Assembly (NCBI GenBank): GCA_046318155.1
Contig: JBKCUU010000003.1
Coordinates: forward strand, 1-25,241
Source: Bdellovibrio sp.
GTDB taxonomy: Bacteria > Bdellovibrionota > Bdellovibrionia > Bdellovibrionales > Bdellovibrionaceae
Reading direction: 5' to 3'
DNA length: 25,241 nucleotides
In this document: positions 1 through 8,551 of the stretch, piece by piece
How the letters are laid out: the number at the start of each line of letters is the position of its first letter
Numbering within the stretch: position 1 is the stretch's first letter
The notes under the pieces: generated by a model
Databases searched by the model: none
What the model was told of the DNA's origin: nothing
Seen by the model: the letters and a program-made list of their open reading frames with translations, nothing else
Position numbers and translations under genes: made by a program

Positions 1-27
1 GACTGGGATTTTGTTCTTCTCTACAAC

Positions 28-143
28 GTGAGGGACTGGGGTTCTTGCCCTGAGGAGGGCCTCCGCCCCCGCCGGAGGCGGTACGAAAGGGCGGTGAGGC
101 TGGAGGCCGTGCCCTCGTCAGGGAAAGAACCCCAGTCCCTCAC
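28..143. repeat. Long palindromic (REP/MITE-like) element
   Basis: 33-bp inverted arms at 28-60 and 111-143 with 2 mismatches, extending imperfectly outward. Inner CCGCC-GGA-GGCGG hairpin at 69-81. Partial extra arm copy at 1-16. Confidence 0.7.
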
Positions 144-151
144 TTTGAAGA

Positions 152-174
152 GGAGCGAGGAAAGCCCCCGCTCC
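152..174 (-). terminator. Hairpin just downstream of aspS, possible intrinsic terminator
   Basis: Minus strand GGAGCGGGG-GCTTT-CCTCGCTCC (9-bp stem, one G-U), 13 nt after the aspS stop; only a weak U-tail (TCTTC). Confidence 0.45.
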
Positions 175-187
175 AGATCGTGATGAA

Positions 188-1999
188 TTATGTTTTGGCT
201 TCTTCGAGGGCTTTTTCGGCGGCGGCGGAGAGGCGGATACCGACTTCAGCCATTTGGTCACGGGTGACTTCGCTTGGGCAATCCGACATGAGGCAGGTTG
301 CTTTTGCCGTTTTGGGGAAAGCGATGACTTCGCGGATTGCGTCGGTTTCACAGAGGAGCATGACGAGACGGTCCATGCCCCAGGCGATTCCGCCATGTGG
401 TGGTGTTCCGTATTTGAGGGCCTCGAGGAAGAAACCGAATTTGGTTTGGGTTTCGTCTTCGGTCATGCCTAACGTTTTGAACAACGCTTGTTGAACTTCG
501 TTTCTGTAAATTCGAATACTGCCGCCGCCCATTTCGTAGCCGTTGCAAACAAGATCGTACGCCTTGGCCAACAGCTGGCCGTAACGAGACTCGTCCCCTT
601 TGACTAAGATGTCGGCGTGCTCGTCCTTGGGGGATGTAAAGGGGTGGTGCCTTGCGATCCAACGTTTTTCTTCGGGTGAATACTCGAACAAAGGAAAGTC
701 AACGACCCACAAGAAGTTGTCCTTGGTGGTGTCGATGAGCTTGAGTTCGCGGCCGAAATGGAGTCGGAGAGTCGAAAGAGCAGCGCAAGCTGTGTCATAA
801 TCATCAGCAACAACAAGAGCGGCATCGCCCTCTTTGCCACCGCAAGCAGCCATAATTTGAGCGAGTTTTTCATTGTTAAAAAATTTCGATACCGGTGAAG
901 AGTAGTTGCCGCCGCCTTCGGATTTGATCCAAACCAACCCCTTGGCGCCCGCTTTTTTTGCCATGTCTGTCAGCTTATCAATTTGGCCGCGAGACAACGT
1001 CGCGCCGCCAGGAACCGCAATTCCGCGCACGATGCCCTTACGAGCAATGACATCGTCAAAAACTTTGAAGCCCGAGCCCGCTACGATGTCTTTGAGATCT
1101 TTGACTTCCATCCCAAAGCGCATGTCGGGTTTATCAATGCCAAAGCGATCCATCGCTTGCTGGTAGGTCATGCGTGGAATTTCACCAACGTCGACGTTCT
1201 TGATTTTTTTCCAGATCGTGCGAAGCATGCCTTCATTCATCGCCATGATGTCTTCTTGGTCGATGAACGACATTTCGATATCGATTTGGCTGAACTCAGG
1301 CTGCCGGTCGGCTCGCAAATCTTCATCGCGGAAGCAGCGGGCGATTTGGAAATAGCGGTCATAGCCGCCGACCATCAAGAGCTGCTTCAAAATTTGTGGA
1401 CTCTGAGGAAGTGCGTAGAAAGTCCCTGGATTGACTCGAGACGGAACCAGGTAATCGCGGGCGCCTTCCGGCGTGCTCTTGAACAAAATCGGTGTTTCGA
1501 CTTCGATAAAGTTTTGGTCCGACAAATACTGACGCACAATCTGGGCAACTTTGTGGCGCGTAATCAAATGGCGCTGCAATCTGGGCGATCGCAAATCGAG
1601 GTAACGGTATTTTAAGCGCAGCATTTCACCGACGTTTTCATCTTCGATTTGAAAGGGTGGAGTCGCCGCCTCGTTGAGAATTTCACAACGAACAGCCTCG
1701 ATTTCGATCCCGCCCGTTTTGAGCTTCGCGTTTTTCATTCCATCGGGGCGAATCTTCACGAGGCCCTCGACGGCAAGAACGTATTCACCGCGCAGATCTT
1801 TGGCCGAGGAGGTCTCGGTTTTCTTGGGATCCAGCACGACCTGCACGACGCCTTCTCGATCTCGAAGATCGATGAACACAAGACTACCGTGATCGCGGCG
1901 AGTATTGACCCAGCCCATGAGCACGACTTTCTGGCCGGAAAGTGTTTCGTTAACTTGACCGCAATAATGTGTTCTTTTTAACTGAGCGACGAATTTCAT
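188..1999 (-). CDS. aspS: Aspartate--tRNA ligase, probably non-discriminating Asp/Asn type
   Basis: RTHYCG, RRDHG, KSTPEGARDYLVPSR, motif 2 FRDEDLRADRQPEF, motif 3 PPHGGIAWGMDRL. Start placed at MKFVAQLKRT (1999); the ORF track starts at 2026. Confidence 0.98.
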   Translation of the reverse strand: MKFVAQLKRTHYCGQVNETLSGQKVVLMGWVNTRRDHGSLVFIDLRDREGVVQVVLDPKKTETSSAKDLRGEYVLAVEGLVKIRPDGMKNAKLKTGGIEIEAVRCEILNEAATPPFQIEDENVGEMLRLKYRYLDLRSPRLQRHLITRHKVAQIVRQYLSDQNFIEVETPILFKSTPEGARDYLVPSRVNPGTFYALPQSPQILKQLLMVGGYDRYFQIARCFRDEDLRADRQPEFSQIDIEMSFIDQEDIMAMNEGMLRTIWKKIKNVDVGEIPRMTYQQAMDRFGIDKPDMRFGMEVKDLKDIVAGSGFKVFDDVIARKGIVRGIAVPGGATLSRGQIDKLTDMAKKAGAKGLVWIKSEGGGNYSSPVSKFFNNEKLAQIMAACGGKEGDAALVVADDYDTACAALSTLRLHFGRELKLIDTTKDNFLWVVDFPLFEYSPEEKRWIARHHPFTSPKDEHADILVKGDESRYGQLLAKAYDLVCNGYEMGGGSIRIYRNEVQQALFKTLGMTEDETQTKFGFFLEALKYGTPPHGGIAWGMDRLVMLLCETDAIREVIAFPKTAKATCLMSDCPSEVTRDQMAEVGIRLSAAAEKALEEAKT

Positions 2000-2007
2000 A
2001 GAGGAGC

Positions 2008-2037
2008 AGTTTGACACATCGTTCATCTAGGGGTCAA
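2008..2037 (-). promoter_or_regulatory. Putative sigma70 promoter of aspS
   Basis: Minus strand TTGACC-N18-CAAACT with an extended -10 TG, 8 nt before ATG 1999. Confidence 0.35.
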
Positions 2038-2086
2038 AAAACATCTTTTTATGGGCCAGCAAAGAAAAAGGATGTTAAATACGGGC

Positions 2087-2392
2087 ATGCCTAAAATTAC
2101 GGTGAACCACAACTCAACGCTCCAAACACCTGACGCAACTGCCAAGATCCGTGAGTTCTTTGAGACCGATAAGGACCTCAAAAAACTGGATCCCAATATA
2201 AAGGTCAACTTTGATGAAAAAACCGGCAAAGGTAAAATTGATGGCAGCCAATTCAAAGCGGAGCTCGCAGTTGAGATTGCGGGGACGGGATCTTTAGTCA
2301 AAGTGATGATCGATCTCCCCTTCCTGCTGACGCCCTTTAAAGGGAAAGTCGAAGAAACTTTACAGAAAAAACTAAAGAAATATCTGGCTTGA
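2087..2392 (+). CDS. Small conserved protein, resembles the polyhydroxyalkanoic acid system (PHA_gran_rgn) family
   Basis: 101 aa from MPKITVNH. The C-terminal DLPFLLTPFKGKVEETLQKKLKKYLA pattern resembles this family. Confidence 0.65.
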   Translation: MPKITVNHNSTLQTPDATAKIREFFETDKDLKKLDPNIKVNFDEKTGKGKIDGSQFKAELAVEIAGTGSLVKVMIDLPFLLTPFKGKVEETLQKKLKKYLA

Positions 2393-2397
2393 GGCCC

Positions 2398-3525
2398 ATG
2401 GCCAAAAAAAAGACAAGTTCCTCTCAAAAAGCTCTCCCCAAGAAAACGGCGAGGCCCACTCAAAAGGCGCCCAAGGCCGCGGCTCGGGTTGTAACGGCCG
2501 AACTCGTCGATGACCACTCCACTGAACTGCAAGAAGCCTCGACCACAAGTCCAAGAACAAACGAACCCGTCCCGAGCGACCCCGAGTTCTTGATCGATCC
2601 TGATATCGCTGATCTCGACGACAAAATTGAAGAGCAAATTTCGCAAAAGCTTCTGGCACCGACTGGCAAAAAAAAAGCGGCGGGTGGCAACAGAGCTCTT
2701 TCGACGGCTGACCCCATCTCCCTCTACCTTCAAGAGGTGCGCCGGTATCCAGTCCTCACGCGCGAGCAGGAATCCGAATTGGCGAAACGGTACTTTGAAA
2801 CCAAAGACCCGAAAGCGGCGCAAGCCTTGGTCACGGCAAACTTAAGGTTCGTCGTCAAAGTTGCGGCCGAATACTCAAAGTTTGGTGCCCGCCTGATTGA
2901 CTTAGTTCAAGAGGGAAACATGGGCCTCATGCACGCCGTGAAGGATTTTAATCCGTACAAGAATGTCCGATTGATCACCTACGCGGTTTGGTGGATTCGT
3001 GGTTACATTCAAGAGTACCTGATGAAGCAGTACTCCTTGGTAAAGATCGGAACTACTCACAATCAGAAAAAACTTTTCTACCGCCTGCAAAAGGAAAAAG
3101 AAGCTCTCGATGCCCTGGGCGAAAATCCAACGATGGCTTTGATCGGGACAAAGCTGGGAATTCCAGCCGAAGAAGTTCAAGAAATGGCGCTCAGACTCAA
3201 AGGCCGAGATGTCAGTCTGAGCCAGCCTTTTGATGACGAATCAAAATCAAGTCTGGGTGATTTTCAAAAATCCGACGCGCAAAATCCGGATGAAGAGCTG
3301 GCTAAGCACGAAGAACTCACCCTTTTGCGACAGCACTTGAAAGAGCTGACACCGCAATTGAATGAGCGCGAAAAGATACTGCTCGAAGAGCGTATTCTCG
3401 CGGATGAACCCCTAACCTTGCAGGAAATCGGCGAAAAATATGGCATTACTCGAGAGGCCGTTCGGCAGCTCGAATCCCGACTGATGGAAAAAATCAAAAA
3501 AGGCTTCAAAGACGACCTAAAATAA
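2398..3525 (+). CDS. rpoH: RpoH (sigma32)-family sigma factor
   Basis: Region 2 LVTANLRFVVKVA, DLVQEGNMGLM, TYAVWWIR; RpoH-box-like KIGTTHNQKKLFYRL; region 4 TLQEIGEKYGITREAVRQLE. Confidence 0.88.
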   Translation: MAKKKTSSSQKALPKKTARPTQKAPKAAARVVTAELVDDHSTELQEASTTSPRTNEPVPSDPEFLIDPDIADLDDKIEEQISQKLLAPTGKKKAAGGNRALSTADPISLYLQEVRRYPVLTREQESELAKRYFETKDPKAAQALVTANLRFVVKVAAEYSKFGARLIDLVQEGNMGLMHAVKDFNPYKNVRLITYAVWWIRGYIQEYLMKQYSLVKIGTTHNQKKLFYRLQKEKEALDALGENPTMALIGTKLGIPAEEVQEMALRLKGRDVSLSQPFDDESKSSLGDFQKSDAQNPDEELAKHEELTLLRQHLKELTPQLNEREKILLEERILADEPLTLQEIGEKYGITREAVRQLESRLMEKIKKGFKDDLK

Positions 3526-3545
3526 AAACCGGACGCGAAGAGCTT

Positions 3546-3562
3546 TGGGGCACGCTGCCCCA
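3546..3562. promoter_or_regulatory. Perfect dyad, candidate enhancer-binding-protein site
   Basis: TGGGGCA-CGC-TGCCCCA, centred 58 bp upstream of a sigma54 GG; no U-tail. Confidence 0.5.
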
Positions 3563-3610
3563 CCTCCTCCTCTGAAGTGCATTTCCCTTTAGGTCTTAAT
3601 CCGAAAAACC

Positions 3611-3626
3611 TGGCATCCTCGATGCA
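3611..3626 (+). promoter_or_regulatory. Sigma54 -24/-12 promoter of the DUF2383 gene
   Basis: TGGCATCCTCGATGCA = GG-N10-GC. Confidence 0.65.
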
Positions 3627-3699
3627 TTCATCCTCTCAATGACAACTCAACGGCGACTGAAGGCTCGAAATGGCCACGGCCGCAAAATTAGGAGTGTTT

Positions 3700-4224
3700 A
3701 TGAATGAACTCTATCCCGTGCCCTCACTGGTTGATCCAGCCATTGTTGGCGCGCGCTCTTCTCGGACGGCTCTTTTGCCTGACTCGATTGCGGCAGATCC
3801 TCGGTATGAGCCGAAGATTGAGCTCATGCAAAAGATTCTTCGCGGAGAGCTCAGCGCCGTCGCAGCTTACGACTGCGTCATCGAGAAATACCCGGCCTCG
3901 CCTCGTGTGGGCCAATTGCAGGTGATTCAAAATCACCATCGTGCGGCAGTGAGTTCACTTCGAAAGTTGCTCGACTCAAGCGGCGAAATCGCCGATCGCG
4001 ACTCGGGTGTCTGGGGAACTTTTGTCCAAACACTTATCGTGGGGTTAAGCACTCTCTCTCTTGAACTCTCGCTCAAAACCTTAATTGAAGGCGAAGAGCA
4101 TGGATTGAGGCAGTATCAGGCGCTTTTGGAACACCCTTTGACGGACCGTGAATTGAGCATTGTTAAAACAAATTTAATTCCCCGCCAGTTCGCGCACATC
4201 CAAAGTCTAAAAAGTGTTGTTTGA
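3700..4224 (+). CDS. DUF2383/PA2169-like ferritin-like four-helix-bundle stress protein
   Basis: ILRGELSAVAAYD, DSGVWGTF, LIEGEEHGLRQY; AGGAG SD before ATG 3700. Confidence 0.75.
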   Translation: MNELYPVPSLVDPAIVGARSSRTALLPDSIAADPRYEPKIELMQKILRGELSAVAAYDCVIEKYPASPRVGQLQVIQNHHRAAVSSLRKLLDSSGEIADRDSGVWGTFVQTLIVGLSTLSLELSLKTLIEGEEHGLRQYQALLEHPLTDRELSIVKTNLIPRQFAHIQSLKSVV

Positions 4225-4342
4225 AATTCAGAATTGCAAATGACTCAAAGGTTGGATGTATCATATCCCCCTCATTATCTTTATCTCGACTGCATTGGTG
4301 AAAACGTGGATAAACCAAAAAGCCGATTAAAAACTAAGCCGC

Positions 4343-4379
4343 CTCGTTTTTTTGCCTCGGCCTGGGGCAAAAAACCCCT
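4343..4379. promoter_or_regulatory. Tandem candidate enhancer sites upstream of csbD
   Basis: TGGGGCA-AAA-AACCCCT (4363-4379) and an oppositely oriented CGAGGCA-AAA half-site (4343-4359). Confidence 0.4.
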
Positions 4380-4416
4380 CGCCTTTGTCTTTTGCCATTT
4401 AATGGCTCTTGGCCGT

Positions 4417-4432
4417 TGGCGACCTCCTTGCT
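4417..4432 (+). promoter_or_regulatory. Sigma54 -24/-12 promoter of csbD
   Basis: TGGCGACCTCCTTGCT = GG-N10-GC, 40 nt before the start codon. Confidence 0.7.
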
Positions 4433-4471
4433 TCGTCCTCTCATGTCGACAACCCACTAAAAGGAGACGTG

Positions 4472-4735
4472 ATGAACGAACAAATTCTAAAAGGTAAATG
4501 GAAAGAAATTAAAGGTGAGATCCAAAAAACTTGGGGCAATCTCACGGGCGATGATCTCGAAAAAACCAAAGGTGACATGACCGCTATCTCTGGTTTGATC
4601 GAGCAAAAATACGGCGCCAAAAAAGACGATGTTTCAACAAAATTGACCGGAATTTACGAGCGCTTCAGCGACAAAGTCTCTGCAAAAGCCCACGACATCA
4701 AAGAAAGCCTTCGTCAGCCCAACAAAAAGAACTAG
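4472..4735 (+). CDS. csbD: CsbD/YjbJ family general stress protein
   Basis: MNEQILKGKWKEIKGEIQKTWGNLTGDDL...G.IEQKYG family signature; AAGGAG SD. Confidence 0.9.
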   Translation: MNEQILKGKWKEIKGEIQKTWGNLTGDDLEKTKGDMTAISGLIEQKYGAKKDDVSTKLTGIYERFSDKVSAKAHDIKESLRQPNKKN

Positions 4736-4767
4736 GTCGGAGTCCAACACAACCACAAGGAGAAAAT

Positions 4768-5073
4768 ATGAAAAATTCGATGAACGGCATGGCCGGTCAA
4801 GCAGAAACAAAAGCCAATCAAATTGCTCGTGAAGCTAAAGGCTACGCAAAAGACGCGTCGAGCGAAGTCAAAAGCCTTGCCTCAGAAGTACAGGGCTTGG
4901 CTGAAGACAGCTTCAAATCACTGCAAGACGCTTCTGTCGTTTTGCGGGATCAAGCTCAAGCCGCTTGGAAACGCTCTGACGACGTTTTGAAGTCAAACCC
5001 CTACTACTTCGTAGCTGGAACAGCGATTATGGGCTTGGCTATAGGCTACTTGCTCGGCCGCTCACGCCGATAG
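4768..5073 (+). CDS. DUF883 (ElaB/YqjD-like) tail-anchored protein
   Basis: Ala-rich helical body and C-terminal DDVLKSNPYYFVAGTAIMGLAIGYLLGRSRR; AAGGAG SD. Confidence 0.8.
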   Translation: MKNSMNGMAGQAETKANQIAREAKGYAKDASSEVKSLASEVQGLAEDSFKSLQDASVVLRDQAQAAWKRSDDVLKSNPYYFVAGTAIMGLAIGYLLGRSRR

Positions 5074-5083
5074 TTTATTTCTC

Positions 5084-5109
5084 ACAACCGCCGGGTCTCC
5101 GGTGGTTGT
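5084..5109 (+). terminator. Hairpin after the DUF883 gene (terminator or mRNA stabiliser)
   Basis: ACAACCGCCGG-GTCT-CCGGTGGTTGT, 11-bp stem with one G-U; weak U-tail. Confidence 0.55.
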
Positions 5110-5188
5110 AGTTTGTCCTACACAATTTCTAATTTCTCCTTTACCTTGACCAAAAACCGCCCCACCCCAACGCTTAGAGGCTTTCGAT

Positions 5189-5734
5189 ATGTGGACGAAG
5201 TTGCTTGTAATAGTTCTCAGCTACTTGACTGGCAAAATCTCTTTACCTCATCAATCTTCACCGATTTTTGAAATCGGTCTCTATAAAATCCGCAAAGCTT
5301 CCCTCGCTCTCACCTTGGGAATTATGAGCCTCATCGTTTTTGGCCTCAGCCTAACCCTAATTCTCGCCGATTTCTTTTATATGTCGACCGCGGAGCGAAC
5401 CATTGGGTTGAGCGAAGTTTCGATTGTTGGTGGAATTCTTTTTGCTCTCTCGGTGACAACCTTTGCTGTGGGCTTCAGCAAAAAAGCGTGGGGAATGCAG
5501 CCGACTCAACCAGCTGAAACTCCGCCGCAAATGCATAGCGCCGTTAATCCCCTGGTGGATGCTGTCAGCGCCCTCATTTATGATTTTATCGAAGAGCGGC
5601 GCTCTGACCGTCAAGCACGCACCTCTCGGCAGTCCGCTCCTGGCCCCAATCCTCAGAACCATCACTTTGATGATGGCTCTCAAAAAAAAAGTCCGAATGA
5701 ACCACGCCAATCTCCCCCTGTAGGAATGGCATAG
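5189..5734 (+). CDS. Hypothetical membrane protein (about 2 TM helices, disordered C-terminus)
   Basis: 181-aa ORF with GAGG SD and two long hydrophobic segments; ends 3 nt before the next gene. Confidence 0.75.
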   Translation: MWTKLLVIVLSYLTGKISLPHQSSPIFEIGLYKIRKASLALTLGIMSLIVFGLSLTLILADFFYMSTAERTIGLSEVSIVGGILFALSVTTFAVGFSKKAWGMQPTQPAETPPQMHSAVNPLVDAVSALIYDFIEERRSDRQARTSRQSAPGPNPQNHHFDDGSQKKSPNEPRQSPPVGMA

Positions 5735-5737
5735 TCT

Positions 5738-6787
5738 ATGTCCCAGGTTCGGCAGCACATTGTTGCGTTTGTTTTTATCGCGCTTTACTTGATTTTGTTC
5801 CTGCCCTTCTGGAAAGCGATTGTTGCTGGCTGCTTGGTCGGCCTTTCTTTTCGGCATCTGCAAAATATCGCTCTTTCTAGAGTCACAAATAAGCCCAAAC
5901 GTTACCACGTGTATGGGCCCTATGTCTTGCTTGGCGGGCTTTTTCTGATTCTACTGGCTGCCATTGGTAAAACTGCTCAATTCCTAAAAGAAACGCCTCC
6001 AACAGTTGAGCTCGCCGGTGCATTGACAAGAAAAATCAATGACTTTCGAGATCAGATTTTTGGGCTGATTTCAAAATTTCTGGGTGAATCTGAAAACCTT
6101 GAACAACGACTGACCACGATCTGGGATGATGGAACGCATTCTGCCGTGAACGCGCTAATGTCTGCCAGCCAGAATTTCTTGACTGAACTGCCGATGGTTC
6201 TCCTCAATACGGCTGTCTTTTTTTCGGTGGTTGTGATTTTCATGGTGGGTATGCACCGCCGCCTCACACAAGAACTGCACCTTTCTCAGCTTCAGGTTCG
6301 CTCACCCTTGTCCTGGACCGAGATTGAAGTGATTTCATTTAACGGGCTGGGCTCGATTCTTTTGATCGGCTTGATCCAGGCAGCTTTGGTCGTGGTTGGC
6401 AGTCAAATTGCGGGCGTTTCCTATACTGTTTGGATCTTCTTGGGGACGTTTCTGATGTCCTTTCTCCCGGTTGCCGGAGCGGGCTCTGTGCCATTTATCT
6501 TGGCCGTCAGTTACGGACTCGACGGAAATATGGAGAAGGCCGGCGTCTTAGCCGTCACCTTCTTGGTCGTCGCAACCATCGACAATGTTTTGCGAGCGTG
6601 GCTCTTCTCGAGGCTCTCGAACGTAAATCCATTTGTTTCACTCCTCGCCGTAATCGGCTCGATCATTTTGTTTGGACTCCCCGGCTTACTGATGGCGCCG
6701 GTACTTGAACAAATTGCCATCCGGGTTTGGAAAGAGCTTAACTCCAAGCCCGCTGCTAGCTTGGAGTCTCCACCGCCAACCTGCTAA
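5738..6787 (+). CDS. AI-2E family transporter
   Basis: 349-aa polytopic protein; SFLPVAG, TIDNVLR, GSIILFGLPGLLMAP motifs. Confidence 0.85.
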   Translation: MSQVRQHIVAFVFIALYLILFLPFWKAIVAGCLVGLSFRHLQNIALSRVTNKPKRYHVYGPYVLLGGLFLILLAAIGKTAQFLKETPPTVELAGALTRKINDFRDQIFGLISKFLGESENLEQRLTTIWDDGTHSAVNALMSASQNFLTELPMVLLNTAVFFSVVVIFMVGMHRRLTQELHLSQLQVRSPLSWTEIEVISFNGLGSILLIGLIQAALVVVGSQIAGVSYTVWIFLGTFLMSFLPVAGAGSVPFILAVSYGLDGNMEKAGVLAVTFLVVATIDNVLRAWLFSRLSNVNPFVSLLAVIGSIILFGLPGLLMAPVLEQIAIRVWKELNSKPAASLESPPPTC

Positions 6788-6881
6788 CTCATAAATCCGC
6801 GCCACCTTCAATCGCGAATAAGCCGAAGACTTTTTGACCAAGCCATTGCGATTCATTGACCTTAAGGCGAGGGTTGAGAAA

Positions 6882-7154
6882 TTAGTACGGCAAAGCTGAT
6901 TTCAAAGTCAGCCAAATTTTGAATTCATCTAATTTTGCTTTGATGAGCTGATCGTCTTTTTGACGGGCTCCGATTTCCAGACTTTCTCCGAGCTCAGAAA
7001 GCTCAGGAAATCCGAAAGTTGATCCATTACCTTTCATGTTATGTCCGATCATCTCAATGTCGGCGTAATTTCGCTGAGTAAAACCTAAGAGGCACCTTTC
7101 AAAGTCAACTTGGCGCCTGGACAAATATTTATTGATGGCCTCTTGACCTATCAT
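6882..7154 (-). CDS. Stand-alone Hpt phosphotransfer protein
   Basis: GHNMKGNGSTFGFPELSELGESLE matches HxxKGxxxxxG; ATGA overlap with the upstream activator gene. Confidence 0.88.
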   Translation of the reverse strand: MIGQEAINKYLSRRQVDFERCLLGFTQRNYADIEMIGHNMKGNGSTFGFPELSELGESLEIGARQKDDQLIKAKLDEFKIWLTLKSALPY

Positions 7155-8551
7155 AAGCTGACTACCGAGTGAGTATCAGATTCAATTTCTTGAATCTTCC
7201 GGTACAATGTTTTTCGATCAATAGCCAACTCTTTGGCGGTTTTCTCGCGGGCACCGTTATTTTTGTTCAAGACCAGTTTGATGTAGTTTTTCGTGACCTG
7301 ATCCAAAGTCAAAACCTCAGTGGTGTCATTTGCGGCTGTTTCCAAAAAGTCCATGGATGATCTTGGCGATTCAATCGCTTCAAATTCACGCAAGTCTTCA
7401 ACAGGGATCACCGACTCTTGACAGAGAACGACAGCGCGCTCGATGGTGTTCTCGAGTTCTCGAACATTGCCCTTCCAAGGTTGAACCAACAACCATTGAA
7501 CCGCTTCCTTTGAAAGATTTAAGTTTTCGCGACCATTGAGGCTCGCGAACTTCTTAAGAAAGAAATCAGCTAACGGAATGATGTCCTCTTTACGCTCTTG
7601 CAAAGTGGGAATCTTAATTGGAATAACATTGAGACGAAAAAACAGATCTTCCCGAAAATTACCGCGCCGAACTTCTTCGGACAAATCCTTATGAGTTGCC
7701 GAGATCACGCGAACATTGGCTTCGCGCAGTTGGTTCTCACCAACGCGGCGGTACTTTTTTTCTTGCAGCACGCGCAAAAGTTTTGCTTGTAGTTGTAAAT
7801 TGAGGTCCCCGATCTCGTCGAGAAAAAGTGTGCCACCTTCGGCCTCTTCAAAGAGGCCGACTTTTTTGTCGATGGCACCTGTGAAGGATCCTTTTGCATG
7901 ACCAAAGAGTTCCGACTCAAGCAACTGCTCAGGAATGGCCGAGCAATTGATGGCGACGAAGGGCTTTTTCGCACGAGGGCTCAGTTTATGAATCGTTCGA
8001 GCGATGACCTCTTTGCCAGTTCCGCTCTCACCCGTGACAAGAATGTGCGCCGTGCTTGAAGCGACTCGTCTTGCCAGCTCGAGTACTCTTAAAAATTGAG
8101 GGCTCTTTCCTTTGACGTCTGGCAGACTCGAACCTTCTTTAATTTGCAGTGCTGTTTTTAGCGTCGCGTTCTCGCCTTGCAGGCGGGACAGATAGAGCGC
8201 GCGCTCGAGTGTAATTAAAATCTGTGCTAAATTGAGTGGCTTGACGACGTAGTCAAACGCGCCTTCATGGATGGCTTCGACAGCCATCTCCATCGCACGG
8301 TTCGAGGTAATCACGATGACTGGAATCCTGACTTCATTTCTCCTGAGCGCCTTTAGGATTTCGATGCCCGTCATTTGCGCCATCTTCAAATCGGTAAGAA
8401 TCAGCTCAGGCTTTATTTTTTCAGAATGAATTGACTGCAAGGCAACCACGGGGTCATCGGAGTGAACACAATGGTGACCTTTTTGCCTCAGAAATGCCTG
8501 AATCATTTCTGCCAAATCAAAGTCGTCTTCGATCAGGAGAATTTCTGCCAT
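7151..8551 (-). CDS. Sigma54-dependent response regulator (NtrC/AtoC/ZraR type: REC-AAA+-Fis HTH)
   Basis: ILLIEDD...LTDLKM...VKP receiver; GESGTGKE; ESELFGHAKGSFTGA; FLDEIGD; WKGNVRELEN; DRKTLYRKI. Confidence 0.96.
   Translation of the reverse strand: MAEILLIEDDFDLAEMIQAFLRQKGHHCVHSDDPVVALQSIHSEKIKPELILTDLKMAQMTGIEILKALRRNEVRIPVIVITSNRAMEMAVEAIHEGAFDYVVKPLNLAQILITLERALYLSRLQGENATLKTALQIKEGSSLPDVKGKSPQFLRVLELARRVASSTAHILVTGESGTGKEVIARTIHKLSPRAKKPFVAINCSAIPEQLLESELFGHAKGSFTGAIDKKVGLFEEAEGGTLFLDEIGDLNLQLQAKLLRVLQEKKYRRVGENQLREANVRVISATHKDLSEEVRRGNFREDLFFRLNVIPIKIPTLQERKEDIIPLADFFLKKFASLNGRENLNLSKEAVQWLLVQPWKGNVRELENTIERAVVLCQESVIPVEDLREFEAIESPRSSMDFLETAANDTTEVLTLDQVTKNYIKLVLNKNNGAREKTAKELAIDRKTLYRKIQEIESDTHSVVSL

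Noticed and set aside
1..187. tRNA, group II intron domain V or CRISPR identity for the left-end palindrome
   Set aside because: No cloverleaf or T-loop, no domain V signature, and no repeat-spacer periodicity visible.
983..1615. 210-aa plus-strand ORF
   Set aside because: Antisense shadow of aspS with no recognisable motifs.
2023..2823. 266-aa minus-strand ORF
   Set aside because: Antisense to two well-supported genes; composition not protein-like.
4348..4374. Hairpin TTTTTTGCCTC-GGCCT-GGGGCAAAAAA as a terminator
   Set aside because: The T-run precedes the stem on both strands, so there is no downstream U-tail; it fits DNA-binding half-sites better.
4234..4497. 87-aa ORF, and the 4409 upstream start for csbD
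   Set aside because: Both run over the sigma54 promoter or dyads and lack an SD; csbD has a clear SD before 4472.
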